DNA of 64,000 nucleotides, taken from contig OZ241830.1 in NCBI GenBank assembly GCA_965202585.1, positions 68,138,001 to 68,202,000 on the forward strand. Direction: 5' to 3'. How positions within the stretch are numbered: the first letter of the stretch is position 1; every line of letters begins with the position of its first letter. Under the pieces are notes generated by a model. It had not been told where the DNA came from. It worked only from the letters and a program-made list of their open reading frames with translations, and made no database searches. The position numbers were made by a program, and so were the translations under genes. Source of the DNA: Thalia democratica. Taxonomy: Eukaryota. This document shows, one piece after another, positions 51,901-64,000 of this stretch.

Positions 51901-54900
51901 TAAGCATGTTGAGTGAACAATGTTCCAACACCTTCTATGCGACCCCTCGCAAACACCTGGCTTCCGAACTCTCTGTTAAAATTTATCAGTTTAAACTAAC
52001 GAGCAAAACGTAAAAGTTAGACTAAAAAATGACCAGAAGCTATAGCTTAAGCAGCATATTTTTAAACTACAAGGTATTAAAGTAAAAAGTTTGTATAAAA
52101 CAAGTCTAGTGATGCTAAACTTAAAAAATGAAATCTGCTTAGTTATTATTTGAAATGTTTACTAGAAAATTAAAAGTTATCAGTAAACATTTCATTTGTT
52201 TAAGTATTATGAAAATGCTTTCGAGTTTATATTTCACACTTTAAAACGCTTTTTTATTAAATTTTTATCAAAAAAATGGTGTAGTATAAAAAGAAAATTG
52301 TGTTTGAAATTTTTTAAAACTCAAATGACACCATAAATAGATATAATAAAATATATCTTATAAATTATTTATCTACCTAAACAAACACTTTTACCATGCA
52401 AAGTAATCGTAGTATAACTTGATAGCTCTTTTAATGCTTAAAGTTACACAAAGTTGCAAAAAAAAAATTAACAAAAAAAAAAAACTCCGCCGAATGATAA
52501 GAAAAACAATACAAATAAAAAAAAATCTGAAAAGCTTTATTGCCTTTTCTATTAATAGATAAATCGTTGTAATTTTCAAGTTCAAGTCATTGCAAGCGAA
52601 TTCCATATGCGGTTTTTGCAGCATATACTGCTAACTGATTAACATTACAGCAATGCAATGGTTTGTTTTACTGCATTTTATTTGAATACTTTCACAACCT
52701 TAGTTCAGAGTTATGTCTAGTGCTAAAAATAAAATAAAAACATTTTGTATGATGTAATTTGTTTGAAAACAAACTTTGGACACTTTTTTCTATTAAACCA
52801 GAGCGTATAACTTTTAGTTACTTGAAACTTATAGTTAAAACACGTGTTAAAAAAAATTACTCTAAGTATACAACAAATATGTTTTGTTTAAATATGTTTT
52901 GAAACTTAAAAGTTAGAAAAAACTAAAAAATTACTTAGCAAAAAAATGTATAATAACCAATACGATCTGATACATAAATATTTAATATTACCTTAAGATG
53001 TATAAAAAAATTAAGTACTTTAAAGCCTAACGAAAAAAATGAGACACAGAAAACATCTATGGAAAAGTTTTATTAATTTTAGCGTTATTCAACAGATCAA
53101 ATTAAGTTTCTGACTACAAGGCGTGATTAGCAAATTCCATACGCGGTTTTTGCAGCAACGTTAGCACTTAATCCTTTTATATAGGAATTTATATACATAA
53201 ATGATATATATCAAGTGGTTTGCTGCATTGTAATTTATTTAAATAATTTTAGAATATAAGTTGTTTCATAGCAACATCTTAAACTTAAAATTACATTTTA
53301 TAAACAAAACATTTTTAGTACCTATTTTCAAAGGAAATCTTTTAATTTTTATTTTGCTATTTAAAACTAACTAACAAAAATAAAATCTTAGATCTATCGT
53401 AGTTACTTTTTACATATTTATTAAAAAAACTATAAATACTGTTTACAAAGCAGTAAAAACTTATAATTATAAGTTGTAAATAAACATATTTGTAATCATA
53501 TTAAACTTGGTTAACTAATTATTACATTTCTTATAAACCATTGCATCATTGATAAACACAGTTTCCGCAGGTATTAATTGTAACATTTTGATTTGTAACT
53601 TTAAAATTTTTTTCTTTAAACAATCCTTAGATTTTAATACTTGCAGTTAAACATGAATGACATTAATAATTTTAAACAGTCTTTCAAAATAAATACAAAT
53701 TATAGCGAAATATAATGAAATAATGAAATAAATTTGATTTAATTACTTAACTACTATTTACAACTCTGGTAAACTTTAAACATAAAATATTTTTAGTTAT
53801 CATTAAGAAATATTTAGTTAAAAATTTGAAGTTGACAGTAAACATTTCAGTTAATTAAATACCATAAAAACTTTTTAAGTTTCTATATTTTATACTTTAC
53901 CTACAGAGTCACCAACAGTTTATTTATTTTTATTGTATTTATATTTTTAAAACTCAAATAACACAATATATCAACATAATATAACACATCTTAAAACTTA
54001 TCGATCTACTTAAATAAATATTTTTGAACATATAAGTTTACCTTGCTAAGTACTTTACTAGTATCTACTAGTGTAACTTAATAGTTTTTTTAATGCTTAA
54101 CTTTACTTAAAGTTGCAAAAAAATAACAACAAATAACCCTTACCGAACGATAAGAAAAGTGTTAAGTAAAAATAAAAACTCTGAATAATTTTTATTGACT
54201 TTTACACTAATAGATAATTCAATGTTAGTTTTCAAGTTCAAGGTAAACTCGATATGCGGTTTTTTTGCACACACACTGCTAATTAACTAACATTATAGCA
54301 ATGCAATAATAGTTTAAAACTGCATTTATTTATATACTTTCAAAACTTTTATTTGATTTATTTCTTGTACTAAAAACGAAACAACAACTGTAAAATAAAG
54401 TATGATATTTTATTATACCAGTGCGTATAACACTTTAGCTTCTAAAACCTATAGTTAAAACATTTGTTTATGTTTATAAATTACTCCAAGTATTCAACAT
54501 CATTATGTGCTTAAATATGTTTTGAAACTGAAATGATAGAAAAAAATATTAACTTACCTAAACACAAATATTTAAAATTAAAAAAAAAGTTAGCATAAAA
54601 ACCATAAGTAAGTTAAATATGGCCTGACATATAATTATTTAGAATGTTTAGTATTACCTAGTATTACTTAGTATCGATGAATAAATAATCTACCTACATA
54701 AAAGCCTAACGAACAAAAAAAATAATACACAGAAAACATATATGGACATTTTTATTGATTTCAGCATTATTCAATAAATCAAATTAAATTTCTGACTTCA
54801 AGGCGTGATTACCAAATTCCATACACGGTTTTTGCAGCAACGATAGCACTTAATCCTTTTATATTGGAATTCATATACAGGAATGCAATACAGTAAGTGG

Positions 54901-57900
54901 TTTGCAACATTGTAATTTATTTTATAAGTTTTATAATATTAAGTTGTTTGATAGCAACATGTAAAACTTAAAATTAAATTTTATAAACAAAACGTTTTTA
55001 GTACCTATTTTCAAAAGAAACTTTTTAACTTTTGTTTTGTTATTTAAAACAAACTATTAAAAATAATAACTAAGATATATTATAGTCACTGCATAAGTTG
55101 TTAACAAATATATTTGTAATCACATTAAACTTGGTTACTTAATTATTACACTTCATATTAATGTATGCATCATTGATAAAAAACCAATTGTTACACAGTT
55201 TCCTCAGGTATTTGATTGTAACATTTTGATTTGTAACTTAACCAAATCTTTTCTCAAAACAATCCTTAGATTTTAATTGTTGCAGTTAAACATAAATAAC
55301 ACTATGAACTTTTAACATTAAAAAAAAACAACTAGTAGCAAAAAATAAATCAAATTTTTAATCAATATATCACATATGCATAATTTTGACTAACGTGGCT
55401 AAAATTTCAAACCAGACAGATACGTGTTCAGTACTTTATAATATTTTAAGGTCGATTCAGAGCTTAATTTTATAAAAACAATAAAAATTGTTTCTAATAA
55501 ATTTATAATACCTTCTTTAATTAACAAAACTGTAACACATTTTAATTGTGGACTTAAAAAAATAACTTTAAACAATAGAATAGTAATTTTAAGTAAAATT
55601 TAGCATACAACTAAATTAAAAACTAATAAATGAAAACTTCTTTCACATAATAACCCCTTTTCTTTTTCAACCACTTGAGTCCAGCATAAAACAATTAAAT
55701 AACTGACAAGCTAACTTAATTTATGACACAATAAAATTATGCACTGTACATAAGTCAAACTAAATTAAAATTTGTGCCTTATTATTTACAAAAGGTTAAT
55801 GGTTTAGTGTTAAAATAAAAAACATAAATTAATAAACAAATTACAAATTATTGTGAGATACATTAGAAAATATAGTTCTTTTTTTTCTATACCTCATAAT
55901 AGCATGAAAAATTACACAGTAGAATATATAAAGCCTTTAAATATAGAATAAGAAATTAAAAAAGCTCTATTAGTAACAATTTAAAGTTTACAAAGGAAAA
56001 ACACAAACCTGTACAGCGTCACAAGTTCGTCGGTGTCATTCTTCTTAACGGCCAGGAGAAATGTCAACAGCGCGCCAGTGCTGACACCGCAGATGTAGTC
56101 GAACAAGAGGTGTATCGGTTGACCGGTCAGTTTCGTCAACTTGTCCAATATTTCCACTGACACCACGCCTCTGAAAAGTAAAACTTAAAACAGATGTAAT
56201 TTGGCTACCGTATCAAACATTAAACTGCTGATCAAAACTGAAAGTGAAAACAGGGGAGTTTAGCTCGTGATGTTTAAAATTAAGCATTTATTTAAGTGAT
56301 ACATGAATGAAAAAGTAATTCATGTTTTTCTATAACCGATGACACTACACCTCTATCATAGATATTGAATTAAATGTTTACTTATATTCAACAAGCAATT
56401 AATAATTAACATAATATGACTTTTGATGATTTGAAATTTATTGCATTTTGTTATATTCCGTCTCTTTTTTATCCTAGCTAAAAAAAAAAAACTTTTTAAA
56501 AACTATTAGCAGAAAACTTCGAATGAACAAAATTTGAAAAATCAACTCTGTTTTCAAAACATCATTTGTTATCAAATGCTTTGTGTTACATTATACATCA
56601 CTCAAGTCTATTTTACCTATTAATAAATTCATCAACACATATTAACTTTTATCAAAAACCAGCAAGCACAATAGGTAAAGCATTATGAAAAATTAGTAAA
56701 CAAATATGACTTTTATTCTATGAAATTCAATATACTTACGACGAAACGTACAAACCTGCAGCCACCTCCATCGATGGCCAGTATTCTCAACCCCCTACCC
56801 TTGGGAGGGTCCACATGACCAAGCATGGCCAAAGTCATCTTCAGTGTCTTGTTTATCTCGCTCCCCTTCGTGGAGTTGTGCACCTTCTTCAACTCTTCTA
56901 TTGCGTTTTGCTGTGAAGTATATTGCTTATATTAAATAAATCTAGATATTAAGAATGTATTATTGTTAAGTTTGTACTTCATTTACAAACTAGTGCTTTT
57001 TAATAGTGTTTAGAACTAGTAATTAAGTTTATTCATACTATCTATTATGGTTTACTATGCAAAAAAACTAGTTATAGTTTTAACTAAAAACATTTCTTAG
57101 AATGGATAAGTTTAGGGAATGTATGTTATACAACTTCTGTAAGCAACATTCTAATATTCAATTTAATTCACTACTTAAATGAAGAAAAAATTAAAATTTT
57201 AAGTAGTTTTTATTGTACAATTTATCATTAACTTATACTTATTTACTTCATCAAAATACGAAACACTCAACTTGGATAATTGAGTAAAATTATTTGAATC
57301 ACAAACATCAACACAGCAAAATGTATACCAATCAATTATAGATATGAATAATCAATACTCAGCATACTAATATTATACTAAACTATAATACTAACTTAAA
57401 ATAATTAAGTACTCTATAGTTTATGCATAGTAGTAATCAATTTTTTTAGTTTGTACGTCACCACAACCAATTTCAAAACACTTATTTTATTAAACAAAAG
57501 AAAACAAAGAAACCAACTTTGACGGCAGTTATGCGGGTGGTGGGGAAATGCAGGAGGTGGTCTTTCAAGTTGACAACGTGCTGGTCCCTGGTCGCATCGC
57601 TGGACGCGTTCTTGATGGCTTTTATCAGGTACCTGGCCCGCATGTTAATGTCTGCTCGGTGGGCAATTGTCTTTGGCGGTGGCTGTGGTGCCTGTGAAAA
57701 AATATATTTTCAATTTTTAAACTTTAGCAAACGTTTATCACTAAATGATGCACTTATACAATACATAAGTCTTAAATTTTGTAAATAACTTATGAACATG
57801 TTTATCAACAATTAGAAGAATTACCGTTGGTAGAGTTGGTGTAATGACTTTTTTGGTGTTGAGCATGTCAGACACATAGCTCTGAATTGAACCCAAACTA

Positions 57901-58643
57901 GAAGCAGGATTAGTTGCAGATGTTGCAGGCTTTTCTGGCTTCTTTACTTCAAGCTTATTGTCAGGAAAGGTAGGATTGCTGACTCCATAAACACTCACAT
58001 AAGTGTTCAATGGCGTGTCAATGAAAGTTTTAAGGATGCCAAACATCTTTGCATCTTTCTCTTTATTGACATCAAGCTGGGCCATCTTTTCAAGGATCAT
58101 CGTCTCGTCGTACTGGGACTGGATCCTCTGCTTTGTTTTAAACTTCATCATTTTCAATGAGGATCTTAATTTTGATGGAGCGCTGTTTTTGACTGGGACT
58201 TTGTTGATGGCTATGTTTCCGCTTGGCGTGTAGCTTGCTGTGTTCACAAAATTTGGGTCTGGGTCAACGTTGTTGACTCTCTCTTCTATCTTGTTAACAA
58301 GGGGGTTCTCTTCATACGAGTACTGGGGGTAGCTTGAAAAATCGATGCCCATCTCTTCTTTCATATCAGGCTGGTTGGAGAATTTTTTCAAGAAAATTTT
58401 GTTTTGCAGCTGCAGTTTCGAGTTGGTGTTGAAGAAGCGCAAAAAGTTCATTGACCTTTTGAGCTTTAGTGAACTCTTGTGCAGCTCCAGTTCACTGACT
58501 TCATCTTGGATGACCAGCGTCTGATCTGTGGATTTGTACCTTGAGTTAACAGCTGTTTGTTTGGACAGAATAACTTTTTCTGATTGGGCGATTGAGTGCA
58601 AGTGCTTGTTTACAAAGTAGTTGCGGTTTACTGAGCTTTTCAT
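39997..58643 (-). CDS. PNPLA8: Calcium-independent phospholipase A2-gamma (patatin-like), 691 aa
   Basis: Exons 58643-57825, 57691-57518, 56910-56756, 56170-56009, 51972-51857, 48671-48560, 44285-44156, 41858-41660, 40487-40419, 40136-39997. All are GT..AG and phase-compatible, totalling 2076 nt, open, ending in TGA. Motifs: [31 protein letters not shown] (GxSxG), [26 protein letters not shown]. An AG acceptor at 58664-58663 implies a 5'UTR intron (candidate donor at 59811). Confidence 0.96.
42586..43260 (-). mobile_element. Possible decayed hAT element (intronic GC-richer island)
   Basis: CAGGGGTTCT terminus-like motif at 42586. Minus-strand frames give [14 protein letters not shown] and ASCESS..LIKSY..STITQ, weakly like the hAT C-terminal dimerisation domain. 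Confidence 0.35.
47991..48415. repeat. Tandem duplication, 216-bp period, two copies
   Basis: ATAATGTTTTAGTTTAATTAATCATATAGC occurs at 47991 and 48207. The core TATGACGTAACACATAGCGTATATTACGTCTTATAAAGTAAACAAAATAGTTACTAA is identical in both copies. Confidence 0.9.
51089..51730. mobile_element. Foldback MITE with long TIRs and TTAA TSD (Kolobok-like)
   Basis: TTAA at 51085-51088 and 51731-51734; termini GGGCA / TGCCT. The arms are inverted over ~280 bp, including a ~98-bp core (~51195-51290 vs ~51535-51633) with 2 mismatches. Confidence 0.8.
52390..55310. repeat. Diverged tandem duplication, ~1.65-kb period, in PNPLA8 intron 4
   Basis: Colinear matches at 52390/54040, 53118/54799 (CAAGGCGTGATTA.CAAATTCCATAC.CGGTTTTTGCAGCAACG.TAGCACTTAATCC) and 53557/55194. 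Confidence 0.85.
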
Positions 58644-60337
58644 TGTTTGCTAATAATAATTTCTGTTGAAAATATTTGTGCAATTTATATTTAATTTTTT
58701 ACTTTTTATTTAAGCTGTTTAATTTAAGCTGTTATGTTTAATTTAATTTATTTTAAGCTGTTATGTATACTCTTTAAAAAATGGAAATTTAATAAAGTTG
58801 TTTTAACCTGGTTGTTAAAAAATGTTGAAATAAAAGAATACTGTTGAAATAATTACAAACATGTTATTTCTAACAACTATAAAAAAAAACAGTGTTACAA
58901 GTCTATCCAATTTTTTAGTAATTAATTATTATTTAACAAAATAACTAACTGAATACCACAAAACTCAAAAAAGTTAAAACTATCTTTGGAAAACGTAAAA
59001 TAAACTTAATACTTTCAAAGACTGCATAGTGAATGTAAATAAAAAGTTTATCATAAGCAGCAGGCAAACTTATCTAAAAAAGCTTGCAAGCCACACTACT
59101 TAAAAAAATAGTCTTTTGCGGGTCTCAAGTAGTTAAAATAGTTTTAATAGTCAGTAGAATGTACTATTTTAGACCAAAAATGTGTAAAAATAAGCTTTGA
59201 TAATGCACTAATATGCAGTAATTATTAGATTAAGAGCCTAATTGCAAGTGATTATCACAAAAACTTCGTTTAATGTAAAAAATATATTATTTGCTGAAAA
59301 AATCAATAATTAAGATTAAATCATATATAAAAACTAATTACATGAAGAAACACTAAACAGTTAGTATAGGGTTAGGTTAAAACTAATAATTCGTTTTTCA
59401 ACTTAAGATCTTACACACTATTTTAACCAAAAGAAGTTGATGGATCACTTATAAAGAACTATTGCTTGAAATATTTTCAATAGAGTTAATTAAATAATTA
59501 CATTTAAAGCTTGATAATATAACTCAAAAAAATCAGGACTTTTGTCAAAAATTAACTAAATTCAGCATTTACAAAAACAAAAATTAACTTAAGACTTTTC
59601 TGATAAGTTTGAATAAAAATGTAACCTACAGTAGCAATAAATAAATTTTCCTTAAATGACACATCAAAGCTAAAATTATCATTTTAAATTCTGTAAAGTT
59701 TTGGTAATTTTTAATGGCAATTTTTTTAAGCACTTTGAAATAAATATAAGTAGATGTTTAGTAAAATAAAAACAGTGATTAATTGCTCACAAAACACATA
59801 TATTAACTTACCTTTTCTTTTTTTTGACAATGATATTATATTTTATTAAGGAGAGTTTACTGTTTTATTGTTATTATCTAGAGATACCCAGTATAGTTGG
59901 AACCAGGAACAGTACAAGTTGAACAGTACAAGTTTGGAAAAAGTGTTAAAAGTTCATAGGGGTAGGTTAAACGCTTAATTTTAGTGGTAATTTTACATAA
60001 ATGACTAGACTAATCTTTAGTTTTTATTGCTTGTTTTAAAATTAAAACAAGTTTTGATGTGTAAGCAAACAAATTTTGACTGTTTCTTTTTAAAGAAAGA
60101 CTCAAACTAAAAAGAAAAAACTTTTTTTACTTAAAATCTAGTTATTCCCACATGAGTTTTTTTTATAAAAAAAATTAATCAACTTAGTTTCTTTATTTAT
60201 TTTGCTCTACTATTATTGTTACTCTTATCCTTGGTCAGCAGTTTTTTTTCAAAGTAATTTATTTCTATTTATTAATTTTTCTAGTTTTTTTAAATGATAA
60301 TTTTTATTAATTATATTTTTGTTTTAAATATCACTGT

Positions 60338-60491
60338 ACCATTACCCTTACCCAGTGACTTTTTTTTCTTTTTGTTTTTTTTTTTACTCTTGTGCAAAAA
60401 TGACCGTCTGTGCAAAACTGTCTTCATGTAAAAGTATCTTCATTCTGTGCTGTCGTACTATTTTGTCTTTGTGCAATTTTGACCCGATCCC
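60338..60491 (-). mobile_element. Fragment of the TGCACGAA MITE family
   Basis: Contains ATTACCCTTACCC and GTGCAAAA repeats, and ends in GTGCAATTTTGACCCGATCCC, the reverse complement of the 12851-type terminus. Confidence 0.6.
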
Positions 60492-61060
60492 TTTTAATGA
60501 TTATATAAGAAATCTATACTGTTTTAGATTAGTCTAGTGAAAAAATCTAACTTTGCACATTTTTTATACTTTATTACTTTTAAAACAAACCTAACTAAAA
60601 AAAATTAAATCAACATTAAAATTGATAACAAGTATGAAATTTAAATTAGATTAAAAAAATATATAAAATTGTTTACAAGCTTAGTGTTATGTTATCATTG
60701 TTTTAATATTTTGATGTTTGTCAAGTTGTCAATTTTAGTCACTTCAATTATTGGTGACTAAAAATACTTTAAATATCCTTTTTATAAAAAATATATGAAA
60801 AAAACAAAAAAATATATATATCTTAATTTAAAATAGAAAGCACAGCACACAATTATTGTTGTAGAGAAAATAATTAAACTAATATTGTTCTAACATAATA
60901 ACTAAAATAAATAACTAAAAAAAAATTAAGTGTTAAAATCTTTTTTAAATGTAATTAAAAAGATACTGAAATGTGAAATTTGTTTTGTTTTATACTGAAC
61001 AAAACTCAAAATAATAAAAATTAAGTTACTGTGTAAGACAGATATTTAGAATCTAATCTA

Positions 61061-61388
61061 CAGGGTTGCCACTCTATTAGTCAAAAATTTGTCCTGAGTG
61101 ACCTTAAACTGTCCTATGTCATCCTGAGTATTTTTTTTCAAATCCTAAAAAAAACTTTAAACTTTTTAAAACTAATAAAAGTTAAGTTATTCAACAAAAT
61201 TGGCCATATAATAACAAAGTACTCATAATAAATTACCACCTTAAAAATCTATAAAAAATTGGCCTTAAGAAATTTAAAAATCATTATGAGTTTGAAAAAA
61301 ATAAAAATGTTCTGAGTTATACTGAGTCAACCTGATATTTTCAAGAGTTTAAAAATATCCTGAGTATTTTGAGTGTGTGGTAACCCTG
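61061..61388. mobile_element. MITE, CAGGGTTGCCAC TIR family
   Basis: CAGGGTTGCCAC (61061) / GTGGTAACCCTG (ends 61388), with internal CCTGAGT motifs. Related ends occur at ~7299, ~21015, ~23250, ~43990 and ~62644. Confidence 0.7.
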
Positions 61389-61850
61389 AATCTTATTTTT
61401 ATTTATTTTGTACATAAAAATTTTACAATTATTTTCAATTTTCTTTGTAAAAATTTTAAGGTTTTTTAGAATTTTAAGGTTAAATAGCCACCTTGCTATT
61501 AGTATATAAATTAGATTATCAAAAAGTAAATATGTGGCTTATTAGTGTAGTGGTCCTTATGATAGCTTTGAAAATTCTATGAGTTAAATGATGCAAGATC
61601 AAAACTCAGAAATTGACACATTTACAAAAAATAATGCAAGTTAAACATTCAAAAGAAAAATATAAAAGTGAAGATTCTCACAGTTATGGCCAATGGATTA
61701 GTGTAGAGCTTTTGGTCGTTGAGCTGAACATTGTTTGCTCATAAACATTGTTTTGAGAATTTTTAATATTTTTAAATAATAATAAAATTAGTAAAAACTT
61801 TAATACTACTTTTACATACTTTTTGTTTTATAACTTAACCAAGAAAAAAA

Positions 61851-62245
61851 TTTGGTTATGGTTAACTTTAGGTGAGCATTAATATCAAACTGAAAATATA
61901 ATACATTGGTCTGCTTATTTAAATATAATTTTAGGCTAGAATAAACAATACTTTGTTTTAAACAAGCTATATAAATACATAGAACAAATTGAATTAATAT
62001 ATTATAGCTTCAAATACTAAACTAGAATATTCAACATAAACTACTGTATTGATATAATCACTTTATATTGTAAAATAAAAGCATTTAAATATTTAAGTTT
62101 ATTAGTTTATGATAAATAATTTAAATTTTATTCGTGTATTTATAAAGAATAAACTTTCAGCCTATAATTATGATTCAATAAGAAATTAAATGTATTATAA
62201 TTTCAGCTTGATATTGGTGCTCACCTAAAGTTAACCATAACCAAA
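61851..62245. repeat. Inverted repeat, 57-bp arms with ~280-bp spacer (MITE-like)
   Basis: 61851-61907 is the reverse complement of 62189-62245 with ~4 mismatches. Confidence 0.8.
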
Positions 62246-64000
62246 AATCTAAGTTCAAACATTGTAAGCAACTCTTTTTCAATCTTTAACTGCCAATTTT
62301 GACTGTAGAAGCCATAATTTACCATAGGCACCACACAGTCTTCTACAAAATGTATTGTTTTTTTCATTTTATAAAAGTATGTTTAGTTTAAATAAAACTT
62401 TATAAATTCTTATCATAAAAAATTTTCCTTATGACAAATTTTTAGGTGTTTAATGTTAAACAACAAACATTTGCCTCGTGACAGTCAAAATGAAATTCAT
62501 TATAATTAAATACTTTAAAGCCTCTAAAATTTAATTGAATACAGTTGCTTATTGTTTTGTAGTAGAAACTATAGAAATGAGAAGAGCATTGTAGGTTATT
62601 TCCCAAAAATTCGAAGTAGTTATGAACAAATAACCACCAGCACCAGGGTTGCCATAGTTTAAGATTATGTGAAACCATTGATTATAATTGCTACAATTTA
62701 TTTAACTTTTGTTGTCATTACTCATTAGTTAAATTGTAATAAAAATAAAAACAAATTCAAAATTAATAGCACCTTAATCAATATTTTTTTAATAGTTTTT
62801 ATAGTTTTTGCGGCCTGCTTTTAAAACAAATTAAATTTTTTTGAGCAAAACAGTCAAATATATTGCAACAACTTAATTTGTAAACCTTAGATGACGGTTT
62901 GTTTGTTTAAACAAATTATTTGTTTTACTAAAACTATCAGTGATACAGTCATGCAAGTTTTAATAGTCTTGATCATTATAGTTTTAAAACATTTTTAACA
63001 GTACATAACAAGAAGTCAGAAAAATTCTATAAGGCGTCATTTCTGAAAGCTCCTTAAGTAAATATAATTGTAAAAACTGTTATAAAAAGTTTGTATTCAG
63101 GGCCAGCTTAAGTTATTTTAGAAATTCTAAACGCTTTAGCTGCGTCAAAAATTTTCAATTGAACTTTATTTTACTATTTTGTAAGGATTTATACCCCGGA
63201 AAAGAATATAATACCGCATATTTTGATCACTTGTTTAAATAACTCAGTTAATTTTCATAAGTCTTAGTTTTTCTATAACCAGATTTATTCCGATTGTAAC
63301 ATCATTTTTAAAACATAGTTAGGATATAGTTTTTTTGTTTATTTAATTTTTAAAAACAACTAATGTTTTGAAAGTTGAGGACAACTAACAAAATTTTCAA
63401 CTACGTTGCAAATGCTTTCCATTATGATCGTTAAACTAAGTATGTGAAATAAACAAATTGCTTTTTAATGTTATATAAAGAGCTTATGAAAGGTTACTTT
63501 ACTGCTTAAAATCTAAATATTGCAGAGTTTTGTAAATTATTTTATCTTTAAGTAACACGATTGCAAAATAAAAAACGCTACTTTATAATTTCAAATTTTG
63601 CTAACAAGTCTGACTTCAGTATAACAAAATTGTTCGTTTTTGTTTTGTTAATTTCAAATTAATTACATTTTTTATGCCGAAAGCAACGCTGCATTATTTT
63701 GAAAAGGAATGTGAAGATAGATAGTGTTTAGAAGAATTCATTTTAGTAGCAATAGTATACTCATCTGATTGTTATCAAGAAACAGTATGTATAAAGTTTG
63801 TGTATGGATAACTAGGTTACAAGTTATTGCAAAAACAGTTTTTGTTTTTAATTTTTTAAGTTTTTTTTTAGATTTTTCAGTAACAAACTGTACAATTCTT
63901 TAAAGTTTATCGTTTGTGTGTCTATATTTAAACTAATTATTTTAGTAGTTTACTTTAAAATATTTTAATAGAAACAAACGTTAACTCCAATCCATTAAAT

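Noticed and set aside
41575-58233. ORFs 41575-41973 (-), 41662-41868 (+), 57519-57788 (+), 58003-58233 (+), 51828-52013 (+), 39958-40182 (+)
   Set aside because: Off-frame or antisense shadows of PNPLA8 exons.
1-64000. Remaining short ORF-track entries rich in F/L/I/K/N (e.g. 1502-1693, 5134-5355, 13420-13614, 20712-20900, 23324-23524, 32102-32338, 39358-39585, 46085-46267, 52391-52624, 60355-60537, 62442-62678)
   Set aside because: Composition typical of random AT-rich DNA or MITEs, with no motifs or consistent splice structure. ORF 32102-32338 only overlaps SPCS1 exon 2 out of frame.

Overview
AT-rich eukaryotic genomic DNA with spliceosomal (GT..AG) introns, animal-type and probably invertebrate. 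I found no prokaryotic features, rRNA, tRNA or CRISPR array. Most real genes are missed or fragmented by the ORF track because their exons are short, so I rebuilt them by hand from splice sites, exon phase and remembered protein motifs. Genes: (1) a divergent 8-exon PABP-like gene with four RRMs, no MLLE domain and one in-frame TAG (+, 8091-11373), plus a young inverted copy of its exon 5 at 2214-2362; (2) an intron-containing, catalytically dead Merlin/ISXO2-type transposase-derived gene that now carries frameshifts (+, 16342-19215); (3) a 4-exon gene for a 172-aa protein of two tandem ubiquitin-like domains without di-Gly, absent from the ORF track (-, 27521-29155); (4) a 4-exon SPCS1 homologue, head-to-head with (3) (+, 30454-34022); (5) a decayed UBE4A-like U-box fragment (+, ~35783-37420), whose intron holds a 157-bp-arm inverted repeat with a minimal hammerhead ribozyme in each arm; (6) an intact 10-exon PNPLA8/iPLA2-gamma gene (-, 39997-58643). 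The rest is intron or intergenic DNA with hAT-type, Kolobok-like and other MITEs, a 30-bp minisatellite and local tandem duplications. All homology calls come from motif recognition, not database searches.
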